NCBI GenBank assembly: GCA_050084515.1
Contig: CM114271.1
Location: 45,446,001 to 45,510,000 of the forward strand
DNA length: 64,000 bases
Direction of reading: 5' to 3'
From: Blasia pusilla
Lineage: Eukaryota
Part shown: positions 49,074 to 62,700 of the stretch, piece after piece
Numbering within the stretch: the stretch's first letter is position 1
How the letters are laid out: every line of letters starts with the position of its first letter
Made by a program: the position numbers and the translations under genes
The notes under the pieces: model-generated
Seen by the model: only the letters and a program-made list of their open reading frames with translations
Told to the model about the DNA's origin: nothing
The model's database searches: none

Positions 49074-52000
49074 GTGTTTTCCCATTATCTTTCTCTAAAA
49101 AAGTATAGTTTTATATTATTATCATGAACCCGTCTTAATGTCACGTAAAAGTGAAATGGTATAATAAGAAGCATCACAAACACATTAAAACAACACATGG
49201 GCACAATAGTAGGCTCGTATCATAAATAGAAATGCTTACCCCCTACCCACGCTAGGTTTTCCTTGCCCCCTTCCTATGATATGTTTTTTCTCTTACCCCT
49301 ACCCATCCGCTCCAAACAAAGGACATGTTTTCTCCTAGCCCCTACCCTAAAGCTCCAAACAAGCATTCCCGTTCCGCTTTCTCAGTCGCCGGTTAAAACG
49401 CAGACCGAAAATAAGTAATCCCTATGTACTCTGTACCGAATAGCTAGCCCGGCCTGAGAAAACTTCCAAACTTACCGGTAAGTACCGGTTCCTATACTCT
49501 AAAGTCCAAATCCAAAGTTGGAGGTCCCGGGTAGGGAGGGGGTGAGAGAAAACCTAGCGTTGGGGTAAAGATAAACCCTAAACTTACCCGGGGAGATGAA
49601 GTCTGCGGCCGATGGGATAACGATCCTCCGAACGGGGAAGACACGAGCGGGAAAGAACGGAAACTCGTCGGAAGTCTCGACTTTCCCGTGAGGTCCAAAC
49701 AAAACTCTCTTGGACTATTTGAAACTACAGAGGTTGCGCCAGATGTCCACGGCCGTGGGCTCCGGAGGAGAGGAAGGCGGAGGGCGGGGGCGGTGTGAAG
49801 TTTGAATCCGGGGAGATCGTTGGGAGCTCGAGAGGGAATTTTAGGAGCGCTGATCCGATTTCTCAAGAGTTTTCAGCGAATTGTGTTCCGCGCACTGTTT
49901 CCCGACGTGAAATGGAAACTCGTGTTGCGGTCCGAGAGTGTGATTTCAGTGAGTCGTGCACATGGAGAAAGACTGGAAGCACAGTTTTCACTGCGATCGG
50001 AGAAAAAGCAGGGATCAAACGAATGGAGAGACGGCGAGAGATTAGATCCTCACGGTCTCGGAAGAAGAAGTTTGTGTACTTGTTCTTTAGAGATCGTGAT
50101 GTTTCGATTGGCGAGTGGTTGCGATTTCGAGGATTGAACGCGTGGTTCATTCCTCGGTGGTCCGGCTGACCTTCATTTGGCGTGATCTGTGGCCCTACGA
50201 GGGTTCACGAATGGGCCAATTCTTTCCTCAAATGCGCCGGATCTTCAAACTTGGTCAGCTACCATTCATCGTGGAAGTAGGCGACTTGGAGCGACAATTT
50301 TCCGGGGCTCCATGTACGGATGGATGGTCGACTCAAGTACAGACGCACGACGCAAGAGTGATCAGGTAATCGACTATGGCTCCGAGTCTTATCGTGCAGA
50401 TCCTGTTGGATGCAGTGTCGGCGGGTGATTCCTCAATTCTGCCCCGCCTCGTGATGTACGCACGACAATGTGAGGCCTGGATTTTAGCGAGTTACATGCA
50501 ATTGACGCTCTGAATATGCTTCGACGATGTCAATTATGCAGCAGTGCTCGGAAGGAGCTCCGTGTACAGAAATAGAAATCGACGTAGGCTGTTGCCGTAT
50601 GTAAGTGAATGACGAGTCCTCCATCTATCCACATGCATATGACGGAAGTTTTGGTTGGTATCATAATCCGTCAGTAATAACGATTCGGAAGGGAATGGGC
50701 AAGAATACCGTCCCCACAAAGCGACCGCAACTGCGGTTTCGAGGTCCTCCCATCAGATGACGAACACTTCCAGTCAGCCGTGACATGGAAGCGCTGTTTT
50801 ACATGGTAGACCGCCGCACGCACCTTTGAATACGGAGGGTTATCCACATCTGTGAGCCCAGAGCTTTATGACGAATGACAGCTCTGTAAGCGCGGGCCCT
50901 TTTAGGGATCCTTACTCCTCTTGTATGTTCACCGTGTCAGCTTGTTCGCTCACCAGTTAAGCCGCTAGGAGATTGGATTGAACCAGTGATTCGATTGTAA
51001 TCTCCCAAGAGATTCCCAAGTCTTAGGGATGCACATGCTTGCTGGTAGGTACCCCAATCTGTAGGCAAGTTTCTTCGTGCAGTGTATGTTCATCCAGAGA
51101 CTCGATACATTTCGAAACGATTTCTATGATATTGAGACATCACATGTAAGACTTGCAGAGAGCGCGTCACCGGTTTTGTTTACGACGACAGAGACCGACC
51201 GTTCGTGCCAGTCGCACTATCATGAACCTTTTCATCTTCAATAAACGCTTTCTCCACTACTATAGTTCGATGTCGGATACAGCGCGTTAGGTTGTCAACC
51301 AAATCCATCTTATTTCCAAACTTTAACGTGAGTGAAGTGTTGACTCCTTCCTCTCGTCCTTTCTCCTGTTCCCGATATGTTTCTGCAAACCATCAGACTA
51401 ATTATCTCGAGACTGGAGACAGGAGAATAATCCGGTTCACTCGATCAGTTCCTAATCTGAAATTGTCATGAATCTGAGAATATCATATTACCCGGTACGC
51501 TTTGTGATCGTGTCAAACGCGTCTGCTTCATTAGCATTGGCGTAGGCATGCGGTTTGGGCCTCGTCATAATCGCACTCTTCTCGCTGATGATCGTTGTTG
51601 TTGCGAGACTGATTTCTCTTCGACGCTGATCGATCTGCCGCCATTCCTTTACGGACTGAGATTTGGGTCCGTGTGCGAGAGTGGAAGAGTGAAGGCAATT
51701 GAATCAAACGTTCCTGATCGAGAGATGATGTTGAGACTTGAAAATGCGAATGGCACGACAGAACACGACAGTGTACGACTAAGTCTTGCGTCTGCTCCCA
51801 GACGTTTGAAGCGATCTTGGGATACCAGATTGACTCAGATATAAATGTGTCAGCTTCATTGGCTTGTCGTCACTATTCGAATCGATCAGTCAGATTTAGA
51901 TCAGAGAGGGAATGTCACTTTCTCACTCCTTTGGTCCGAAAGTGAAATTGCAGTTCATGCTACAGCTTGTAATGTCTTTGGTTGGTTTCTTGACTCGGCC

Positions 52001-53496
52001 ATAAGAATGGTCGCTTTCTCGGAGTAAACGGTGCAAGCTCACTGTGCGAGCAGTGGAAACAATACACAGTTTGCAACGAGAGAAACTTGTGGATGATACA
52101 TGCCAGTCGTGTCTCCACCCAAGATCCGTTCTCTTAGATCTCCAGCCCTTCTCTTGCCCAAATTGTGGAGGCACGCAAGCGAATCATACATGTTGAGTTT
52201 CAGATGGTGGAATCATGTCACAAACAGCTGTGATCAACTTGGCGGATAGCTTTCAACGCACCGGATTGAGCACAAAGTACGACCGACTCTCCTGTGTTAC
52301 TGTACTTCACATTCCGGCCACGAGAAACATTGTGCAGCGCCAAATGCGCGATAATCTCGTTAGGATTTCACCGTTCCATCTTCAGCTGCAGTCCGTGAAC
52401 AGGATTCAAAGAAGAAAAGTAGAGGGAAAAATCGAACACTTGGTTGGAAGTTCATCAAGTCATACGAGAAAAATGTGGAATGGAAGGTTAGAGAAAACTT
52501 TGGGTTAAGGGCACAACTTATGTTGAAAGAGGGATGCCAGAAATGAAAGCGAAGGGAGTGAAAAGAACGAAAAGTAAAAGCTACGAACAAAGTTTGGCAG
52601 AACTGATCCAGGCAGGAAGGCGGTAAGCGAGGAGAAGATTTTCGTGAAGAGATGAGAAGCACTCAGATACAAGGTGGTTAGAGACGAGAAAGCTTGTCAT
52701 TAGGAAAGGCCGATCGCAGTAGAGACCGAAACGCAACGATGAATCAAAAACACGAATGTGACAGTCGCATGAGCTCCCAAACATCACACAAGTCGGCCTT
52801 TTTGGGGCACCCACTGATCTAGGATTCCCAAGGATGCAATTACGAAGATAGCTGTAGGGGCATGTGCGTGCTCTCATCCACGACGGGTGAAGCACCTTGT
52901 AGGAGCCTGCAGTCTATTGCGTAATTCATATAGGAGCACACTGACCTACTCCAGATCTAGGCGCACTAATCTGCAGGACTCCGAAACCCTCAAATTACAC
53001 ATTGAATTTGGCCCTTCTGACGCGTTGCGGTAGCGGTTTTCAATCCAGATTCATGCTTCGGGCTTGTCTTCTTCGCAGTTCCACATGAATGCTCTACTTC
53101 TGGTAAAATCGGAATTCCTGATCGCGGTTGGCTAAGTGATGTGCATGTGCGAATGACTTCATCAGCCAAAAGCAGAAGAAAAAGGTACGAATGTCATCAT
53201 CAGTTGTTCCCGTTTCAGTCAAGTATGCGTTTTCTCATGCCACAGCCTCAACCTCAAGAGAGGCAATGCGCTAAGCGACAATCGAAGGCCCCAAACGGAT
53301 GAGAACCGTGTTATTTAATTTTGTTGTCTTGCTTGTCCACTTTCAGCTGATAGCTGTTAGTCTTTTGGGGAAATTGTCAGGCGAATCATAGCTCGGTTTG
53401 CATAGAGCCAAAGTGAAATTGTTTCAGCTTGAAACGAAAAGGCATTCATAAATAGAAGGAGACGGAAAAGCCCGTAAACAAGCGAAAGGGGGACTC

Positions 53497-53574
53497 ATGG
53501 AGTCTAACCAGATACGGTCCCCAGTGAATGAGAGTGGGACTGGAACTGAAAATGTTCTCTACTGTCTCTGCCAG
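53497..53574 (+). other. Possible first coding exon MESNQIRSPVNESGTGTENVLYCLCQ (start of a PHD-like motif?)
   Basis: ATG-initiated, ends exactly at CAG|GTAAGG; LYCLCQ resembles PHD N-termini, but no continuing exon was found. Confidence 0.25.
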
Positions 53575-56500
53575 GTAAGGAGGCTTCAACTTTACTTTGA
53601 CGAATCCGTAAACCTAGTCAGAAGTGCCTATGTTGTGTAATTGCTGAAGACATGTCTACGATTCCAAGTGAAAAATGAAATGGTGTCCAATCTAAAGTCG
53701 TACAAATTCAAAACCCTGAACGCGTTTCTGGTCCTCCAGCAACGTCTTCTATCCCTATGAAAGCCCGCCCCAAAACTTAAAAAACCCTGCCCAAAGAGGT
53801 GAGAATCATTTCCCGCAGTTCGGTTGTGTAAGTCATCGTCTTCCCAACTGACCTAACAGTGAACTTGCTGATATGGGTGAACAACCTCAAAGGGTTGGCA
53901 TTTTTTAGGGGCCACAATCTCGAGAGAGGGCCCAGATCTGCGTAGATGCACATGGCTCAAATAGCTAGGAAAAAAAGGAAGATGTCATGTAGCAGCTGGG
54001 TTCAAAACTTAGCCGCTTCTAGATGATTGATCTTGGCGTCTGGTGCGTGGAAACAATCTATCGATGGAGTCGTCTTCCAATCTGCTGAAACTGTGCACGT
54101 ATTAAATTACAGCCCGGACACGATCTCGAGGGGGGCCTACGTCTCGTCACGTAGCTAGCTAGCATGGATCAGGATGGTGAGCTTCCTTGCACAGTGCTTG
54201 AGTTTATCGAAATCGAGATTTGTCAGGTTACGTTCACTGTACACTGTCAGTGTGAAGGGTGCGGGAAGCCATTGGTGAAGATGAGTAAAGCTTGTCGTGT
54301 TGACCAAGAATGCCTGGTTTGTCGTAGGCTGTAGGAGAGAGCCACCTTGGCAGAGACCACAGCCCTTCAAACGCATGAGTAGCCAGCCATGGTGCCTTTT
54401 GGGGAGCTATACAGATATATCTTGCAGCGCACTTCATAAGCTGAAGAACTTTCCAGCACACTCAGCCCAAGACACACCACAGAGTCGTTTGTCCACTCGG
54501 GTAATGGGCAGATCTTAGGGGTCTTTGAGGCTTATCTGGAATGCTTGCAATTCTTACACCCATTCCTCACCTGATGATATGATAACGTCAATGAACTCCC
54601 CTTTAAACCCTTTTTGGGTAGCTGCAGGCAAGGGCGTGAAACCTGAAAGACAATGCTGGCGTATGCTTGCACAGCTTCGATCCCGGTGTGAGGACTCACA
54701 AAGTCCTCAAATCCCAAGCCACATTCATTCAGCAGGCGTTTCCCTGCAGAATGAATGGTCCAGAGCGGCCGAGGTGAGCTCTGTCCAGCTCCCTGAGTGG
54801 GCACAATTCCTGTTGGGACTTTGACTTTGATCGCAGCACTGTTCAATATTAGAGGCAGCATTCGGCTAATCCATCTGGGCGAGATGTGGACTCCCCTCTC
54901 CTGTTTCTTTGATGTAGGATATAAGGATCCGATCCAGTACTGTTTTGTTTACTCCTTCGCATTTTGGAAACGGGACAAGGGGGAGTAATGATGTCAAAGA
55001 ATTATGTCACTGGATGCTCCTTGGATCCCTTAGAGGCAGGTTCGCTCGCCTGTATGCAAGGAGTCAACAAGAGTTCAATGGCTGGATCCCAAGAATGTCA
55101 AGCAACTGTCCGTGATGAGTTCAAACAGCTCTCTAAGTATGAATCCTTGAAAGTGAACCGACATTTCTGCAGTATACCTCGAGTGCTGGAGCCTGCGATC
55201 CGACAAATCTTAAGAGATGCTTTACTGGATCCCAAGAAAGTGAAGGACCTGTCCATCACATTTTCAAATAGCTCCTGCTATGCGTCCTTGAAAGTGATCC
55301 AACCACTCTGCAATATTCCTCGACTGAATGCTATGCCACTTCATACCTCTAGAAATGATTTATCACGCCATGCCCTGCAACTACCAGCCTTCTTCTTGAC
55401 CTAAGTCCCACGAAACAACTGCAACAATCAGCAGAGGAGCTGGATCGATTGTCCACAAGACCTCAGTACCGTAAAATTACCGCACAACGGCAGTTTCTGG
55501 CTGAATGAGGAGGACTAACATCCGAAGCGTACGGCCGTTAGAACTTATCATTTCCTGGAGAATGAAAGATCTGCTGCAAAAATCGCTGGGTTCATCGTGC
55601 TACAGAGTGAGTTCAGACTGCTGCCTTCATCAAGAGCGCGAGGAAAGAAAGACTCAAGAAAGCCATGACCTAATTCATTCATCACCACAAGCAGACAGTC
55701 ATCATGCACTCCTCGTGGCTGTCGACTCCTCTGGTTCGTTTTCAAGACATGCCATCATCATTCATATTATCGCCTCCACGAACACTCCTTCACCGCGTCC
55801 GCAGGTGATTTTGGACTGTTTTGACCTCATTCCTTGGACCCTAATCGTATGAGCGGCGTGATTCATTCACGTTTACGGCAGCCATCGAACTCACCTCCTC
55901 CTCAATCCGAGAACGCAATCTGCAGCGGCTCTCCTGCAGTTCCGCCACTACACCGGAATCCGTAACGGGTGCCAAGAGGCCTCACATTCCGTGCCATGCA
56001 GCAGAGTCGACACTCCACGAATTCATGAATCCAAAAACTGATTTTTTCAATGACCTGTGCCAAAATCTTCTTCACATTCGGGGTGGAAATGTGCCAACCG
56101 TTTCTTGGTTTCTCATTTCCCAAACTCCCATAGTGAAATCAGGGGTATCATAATACCCCTTATCCGGGATAGGGTTTTAGGGGTCCTGGATCCCTCTATC
56201 CGGGGACTCGCTGGATCCTGAACGGATAGCTTCCGTTTTGGTTACCCCTTTTGCCTCTCCCGCGAAGAGTCATTCCTACCCGATTTGATTTCGATTGCCC
56301 CGTGGGATTAAGGCTCGCAGCTGAAATACATTCATTCCACAAACGCAAAACTCCTGCCCCCTCTTCTTCCGGGAGTAGACCGGATGGCTTTCCGGGTCGG
56401 GGGCCGAACCCGGACGATTTCGGATTGCAAGTAAAATGACATCCCCTATTATGTCACCCTTTTCTTTCTTTTTTGGTCCTGTCCAAAAAAAATTTTCCCA

Positions 56501-56779
56501 TAATCTCCTGGTTGTGTGTCTCCATTGTAGTCCGCAAGTGAGCGTGATAGTGGGTCATGGGGCCACATGGGGTTTTTCTCACATGTCTAACCCAAAGGAG
56601 AAAGAAGAAGAGAAATGTAATAATATATCGAAATAAGATGAATAAGGAGAAAGAAAGGGAAGGAAGTAAAAAACAGGATCATATAAAAATAATTGCAAAA
56701 CTAGTGTAATGATAAGTAGTCCTAACGTTGACTAGGATCCACACATATTTGAAATTTTTTTCTTGTTGCCCTTATTATG

Positions 56780-56865
56780 GGAAATATTTTTTTCTGCCCA
56801 CTTGCTGCGTGTTAAGCATACATGTGTTTGCAAATCAAGAAGGCACTCTCCAATAATAGTATAGA
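56780..56865 (-). mobile_element. Partial copy of the short Helitron-like family
   Basis: TGTTTGCAAATCAAGAAGGCACTCTCCAATAATAGTATAGA is nearly identical to 2091-2131. Confidence 0.6.
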
Positions 56866-59003
56866 TTATCCAATTAAAATTTTGAAACAAATTTAATTTG
56901 GACACTGATGGTTTGTAAGAAATTTGAGAATAAAGTATTCTTCTATACTATTAAGGGGGATGAGTTCTTCATTTATAAATACGTTGACATACTATGGTGG
57001 GACAACAATAAAATATTTTAATAACACGGGCATTAAAAAATGTTATCTTGAATTCCAAGCAACAAGATTTGGTCTTTAGTATGGCACATGTTGGTCACTA
57101 TTATATTATTATTGGAGAGTGGAATCTTGATTTGCAAATGACTAGCAAGTGGACCATGGAAATATGGAGCAAGAAAATATTTCTCATACTACATGCAACA
57201 AGAAAATATTTTTTTGAAATTGTGTTTCTATGTAAGGAACGGATTGTACATACACTAGTTTCCTTGGTACTAAGTGAATGAATCCTAGCAAGCCCTAATT
57301 TATTTCCCAAAGAAAGAAATTCAGAAGCATGAATTAAAACAGGGGAACACCAAAGCCATAACCCCAACCTGTTGTGTGAAAATAATCCATGATTTTCCTT
57401 AGTGAGAAGTAGAGAAATCCTACTAAGATCCGGTTTATTTCCCAAAGAAAGAAATAAAAAGCATGAATAAAAGTGGATTGAAAAGTCAGGGAACTAAAAG
57501 TGTGTTTTTATTGTAGTTTTGAAACTACAATAAAAATAAGTGAAATCTTTTACAATAAAAACAAGCGAAATAACCAAAGAGTATCATTATCTTTGTCTCT
57601 ACTCGTTTCTTAGCCATAAGGTCGTGGAGTGATCTACCTTGATTGAAAGATGTGAAATAACTACTATATTAAGTCATGTATTTCATCACTCCCACTTAGG
57701 AGCTATTTGAGCTCTTATCTATCAATTTTGGCTTACTTTTGAGGTAAGTATGCTTATCTTTAGTAAGTGCTTTCATGAGAACATTGGAATATCCAACCAC
57801 AATTTGGATTAAAAATATCATCATCTTGTCTAACGAGTTTATTGTTCTAATAGTATTGCATTCTCCCATATTCTTTACTAGCATCATGCTCGTGCAATGC
57901 ATGAATGAAAAACATATGGGAAACAGGTTCTTCTTATTAGCACTTAGTTAATTCCTCTTCTACACGTGTCAATAGGGGAAGGCTTTCAAAAGCCTATGTG
58001 TAGACACCAAAGGAGGGGTTCCCTAGACCGTGTCCTCTTGTAATAATATAGATTTATCTTTTGTTCTTTTCTCACACTAAAATGTAACTCGCATAAACAG
58101 TAAAGAAGCATATTATGGATTTTTAATAAGACGTTCCGCAAGTGCAAGGGAAAGTGATTGGGATTATGAAAACTTTTGATCTCCATAACTCTTCCTCTAA
58201 CTATCAACAAAAGTAATTGGGATAAGAAATTTTCTTATTCCCAATAATTTGTCGTGTAATTCTGGACCAAAGTGATTCGGATCATGAAAGATTTTTATCT
58301 TCATCACTTGAGTTGAGAATAAGAACCAAACATAATGAGAATTTGATAAAAGAGCCTTTTCTTAACCATTACAAGCAAAAATTTATGCCCAACATATGCA
58401 CTAAAATAAAATAAAAGATTTCCAAAATATATTTTAAGTTTGGTTCCCTTTTCAACACTAAAAGGAAAATCAAAATATATTTTAAGTTTGGTTATAATAG
58501 GAAAATCAATTGGCTCAACTACCTTATTTTTAGAAATTTTCCTATTTTCAAAGTGATAGGAATAAATAAATGTATACTTATGTGTATCTTCCATCATTAA
58601 AAGAACAATCTCAAAGTCTTTCTTTAACTAGGCTTCCATTTGCAATTTTCGCCCTTTTTGTCCAATTTTGGAATATTTTTTAAATAAGGGGAAAAATAAA
58701 ATTTTACTATAAATATTAATCAAGACATACACTTATAATTCCTAATTAACCTTTTTCTTTTTCATAATTTAAAAAAATCTATAAAATACATTTTTATTTT
58801 GAAAATAAGGTAGGAAAAATATTATTATTTTGAGGCCCCATCGGAAGGTCAACGTGAAAGAACACATCTTGATCCCAATCACTTTATTCAGAATTTTCAT
58901 AAATTATTATTTACCCCAAAAAGATGGAAAATTTCTAGAAAATGAAGGGGAAATAGAAGATAAGGATTATGATGAAAGGTCATAGGGTTTCTATCCTTCT
59001 TAA

Positions 59004-59172
59004 TCTATATTATCATTGGAGAGTGCCTTCTTGATTTGCAAATATCTCTCTGTTTGACATGTGGCAACCGAGTAGTAAGAAAATGAGTTCTATTCCACGG
59101 GCAGCATGAAAAAACAATTGTGTCCAACATGATTAGTATTCACTCCTGTGCATGACACAGGCTTCACACAAG
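59004..59172 (+). mobile_element. Short non-autonomous Helitron-like element
   Basis: A|TCTATATTATCATTGGAGAGTGCC ... CCTGTGCATGACACAGG hairpin ... CAAG|T (decayed CTAG); colinear with 1961-2131. Confidence 0.65.
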
Positions 59173-59703
59173 TGCCAATTATGTGCTACTTATTTTCAAA
59201 TTTTATAAATTTGGCCCTAAAATTAGGAAATTGTTGCTTGAAACAAGATAAAAACGAAGATAATTCTTAAGCGTCATAGTGATAAAAATAATTTCTTAAA
59301 AAAATTTTAAGTTATGAAAATAAGTAGGAATATGATGTATACCAGAAAGTGTATGTTCACGTTCATTCACGGGACATCACGAATTTTATTATTATTTTTA
59401 AGAACACTACTATTTGAGAAATTCTCAAAATAAGTGCATTGGTGATCAAAATCTGCAAGTGTATGTTCCTTATCACCCTTCATTATTAAAAAATAAAAAT
59501 TCATTATCTCAAATTTTCCCATTATTTTTAATAAATAATCAATTCCATGGGAAGCCATTTGAGAAATTATGAAAAATAATGGAAGGGTTGATGGGTGAAA
59601 AGACATGTAACCTTTAATTACCTTCCAACATAAGACTTTAAAAGAAAAGCTTCCCGTTTCTATCTTTTTACTTTCTCTTCAAGAATTTATTTTTGGAATA
59701 TTT

Positions 59704-62700
59704 TGTGAAACTATTAAAATAATGTAAGGGTTGATTGGAAGGTATTTGATCACAATCATCCTCTATAATACACTTGAGGTTTCCCCCCTTATTTTTCCCT
59801 TATTTCTCCGAAAAATCAAAATTTGAAATTTCAGTTTAGAAAACCAAGAGAGATGATAGGGTCCAAGAATATTGAAGATTGAGTTACAGTCAAGCTCATG
59901 AAACACTTGAACTTTTACATTTGGTACTCATACGAAGTAGGGAAGCTTAATCTTGATTAGTCAGTTAAGTGCAATTATCTTAATTAGGATTAGTTCATCA
60001 TAGTTAGTCTAACTCGAGACTATGGTTAAGGTTAGGGTTATGGTTGCTTGTACATGCCTTATATAATTGAGAAGGGGACCAGCCTCCACCCATTCTCTCA
60101 TTGCAAATTTCGTTCTCCATGGTGGTGTGTGAGTGTGAGAACCGTTTCCCACTAGTTATCCTTCTTTAGCAGTTTTCCACATGGTATGCGAGCGATAGGT
60201 GAAAATCACTTGAAATTCTTGGTGTTTGAGGAGAGAAGACATGCAAGAGAAGGCACAATTTCACTTTGGGAGAAGGAAATTTTGTTCAGAGTTGAATAGG
60301 TGCAAATTTTAGGTGGAGCTTTGACGATGATAAAACTTTGGAGGCATTTTTTAGAGCCATTTCCCACCAGTTACGCTTCTTTAGCAATTTTTCATATGCT
60401 ATCAAACAACTTTCCCAATCAATTTAGCCATCTGGGTCTGCAACGGCTAGAATGATGCCAAAATCATGTTCTAGCCGTTTTGTAGAGCTCATCGAGAGCT
60501 TTCCAACGCATCCAAAATCGCTTGATTTTGACGTTATGAGCTCTTCACGTAGCAATTTCAGTGTAGGAAAGTGCAATTAGTGAAAACAAAATTTGCAGTT
60601 TGCTCTCTAGATGCCAATTTCAATTAGTTCTTTCATATAGTTGATCAATTTTGGCAAATTTTAGATGGATTTCTATGTAAGAATGGTCTATGCTTCAATT
60701 AGAGCAGTGGAGAGCATGAAATTACGTTTTTGTGAGTGAAATTGCTCGTCATGGAATATTCTTCCAACAACAATCACCGGCGAGAAGCTAAATAAGCATA
60801 ATTACAATGTCCGAAAGTTTTAGATGAAACAATTTCTCATGGGTCAAGAACTATGGGAGCTTGTCACAGGTGATGAGGCCAAGCCAAAAGGTGACTCAGC
60901 AAACTTGAATGCTCGCGCTTGGAACAAACGCGCAAGGCAAGTAATCCACTACATTTCAATAATGATTAGTTCGCCAATGATATGTCACATTCAAGATGTT
61001 GATATTCCGAAGAAGACCTGGGATGCATTCAAAAAGTTGTTCCAAATATCTACAAAGACCACAAAGCTTCAATTGAAACAGCAATTGAACGAAGTGAGGA
61101 AAGGATGATTATATTTTGAGTATCAGAGATATTGTTGATTAGTTGAATAGCATTGGAGTGACAGTAGAAGATGATGATGTGATTTTGTTCACTCTTCAAG
61201 GCCTTCCAAAGGATTACAAGTCCTTTGAGACCTCTATCTGTTTGAGAGAGAAGTATCCAACCTTTCAAGAGTTAGTCCTATTGTTAATCAATGAAGAGAT
61301 GCGCCTAGTAGGCAACAGTAGCTCATCTAGTATACAAGAGAGAGCACTATTTTGAGGTTATGGATCAAACAGAGGTAGGGGTTGTGCCAAAAGCCTCCGT
61401 GGTCGAGGTGGATATCAAGCATTTGGAGGAAGAGACACTCAATATAACGTCACTCAATCAACTATGAACCAGTACTAAACACAATCATAAGGTGGTGATG
61501 GTGGAAACCATTGGGGTCGAGATCATAAACAGAGGGTCCATGGATCTTGCAATTATTGTGGGATAAAGGGTCACTATACAAAGTTTTGCTTCAAAAAGAA
61601 GGCAGATATGGGAACATGAGCCTTACAACAACAAAACTATGTGGAGCAACAACACCGAGGACACTACCAAAAACAACAACATTCACAAACGGAGCATCTC
61701 TTGGTCATGACTCATCATATAGGAGCGATGGTCAAGAAAGACTCAATAGCAGATTGGTACATTAACTTTGGTGCATGAAATCACATAAACTCGCAAGCTA
61801 AATGGTTTTGTAGTTTGGATCCGATGAAAGATCTTGCAATTGTGCTCACACGAGATGACACTCAACATCATATCACGCATACCGGTAAAGTTCCAATAGC
61901 ATCAGATGGTCTTTGTCCTCTTGGAAATGTTCTCTATGTTCCTACTATTGCAAGAAACTTTATCTCTTTAGGACAGATAGTAGAACACGGTTGTCAAGTG
62001 AAGTTTCACAAAAATGGTTTTTTCATTGAAATAATGGATGACCAAACTACGATAGCCAAAGTAAGTAGATCTGGAAAAATGTTCAAATTAGATGTTTCTA
62101 TGCCAGAGATTCAAACATCCATGTATGGTCAAATCGGCCAACAAGTCACGGATCTAAATGTGTGGTATAAGAGAATTGGACATATGAATTTTCAAAGCTT
62201 ACAGAGTCTTTCATCATATAATATAGAAATATGACTTCCAAAATTAGCAAGTCCCTACGTTAGAGATATGTCCTGCTTGCCAATTTGGAAAACAAGTAAG
62301 ATTTCTTTTTCCAAAGCAAGGTAGAAGAGCATCCAAGATATTGGAGTTGATCTACAATAATGTGTGGACAACATCACAACATAGCCTTAGTGATTGCGAG
62401 TACTTTATTTCATTTATTGATGACTTATCTATGTATATATGGGTATACTTTCTGAAAGCCAAGTTAGAGGTATTCTCAATGTTCCAAACATTCAGAGTTC
62501 TAGTAGAGAAGCAGATTAGAGAATACATTCTGAAATTGCGTTTTGATGGAGGAGGAGATAATCTTTCAACAGAGTTTGATGACTATTTATGTCAGAATGA
62601 CATCCAAGATGAAGTAACTTACCGTTACACTCCACAAAAAAATGGAGTGGTTGAGAGGAAGAATCAACATATTGCTGAAGTGACACGAGCTATGCTAAAT

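Noticed and set aside
60024-60045. Telomere-like GGTTAAGGTTAGGGTTA (also ~56169-56182)
   Set aside because: Only 2-3 imperfect units; not an interstitial telomere array
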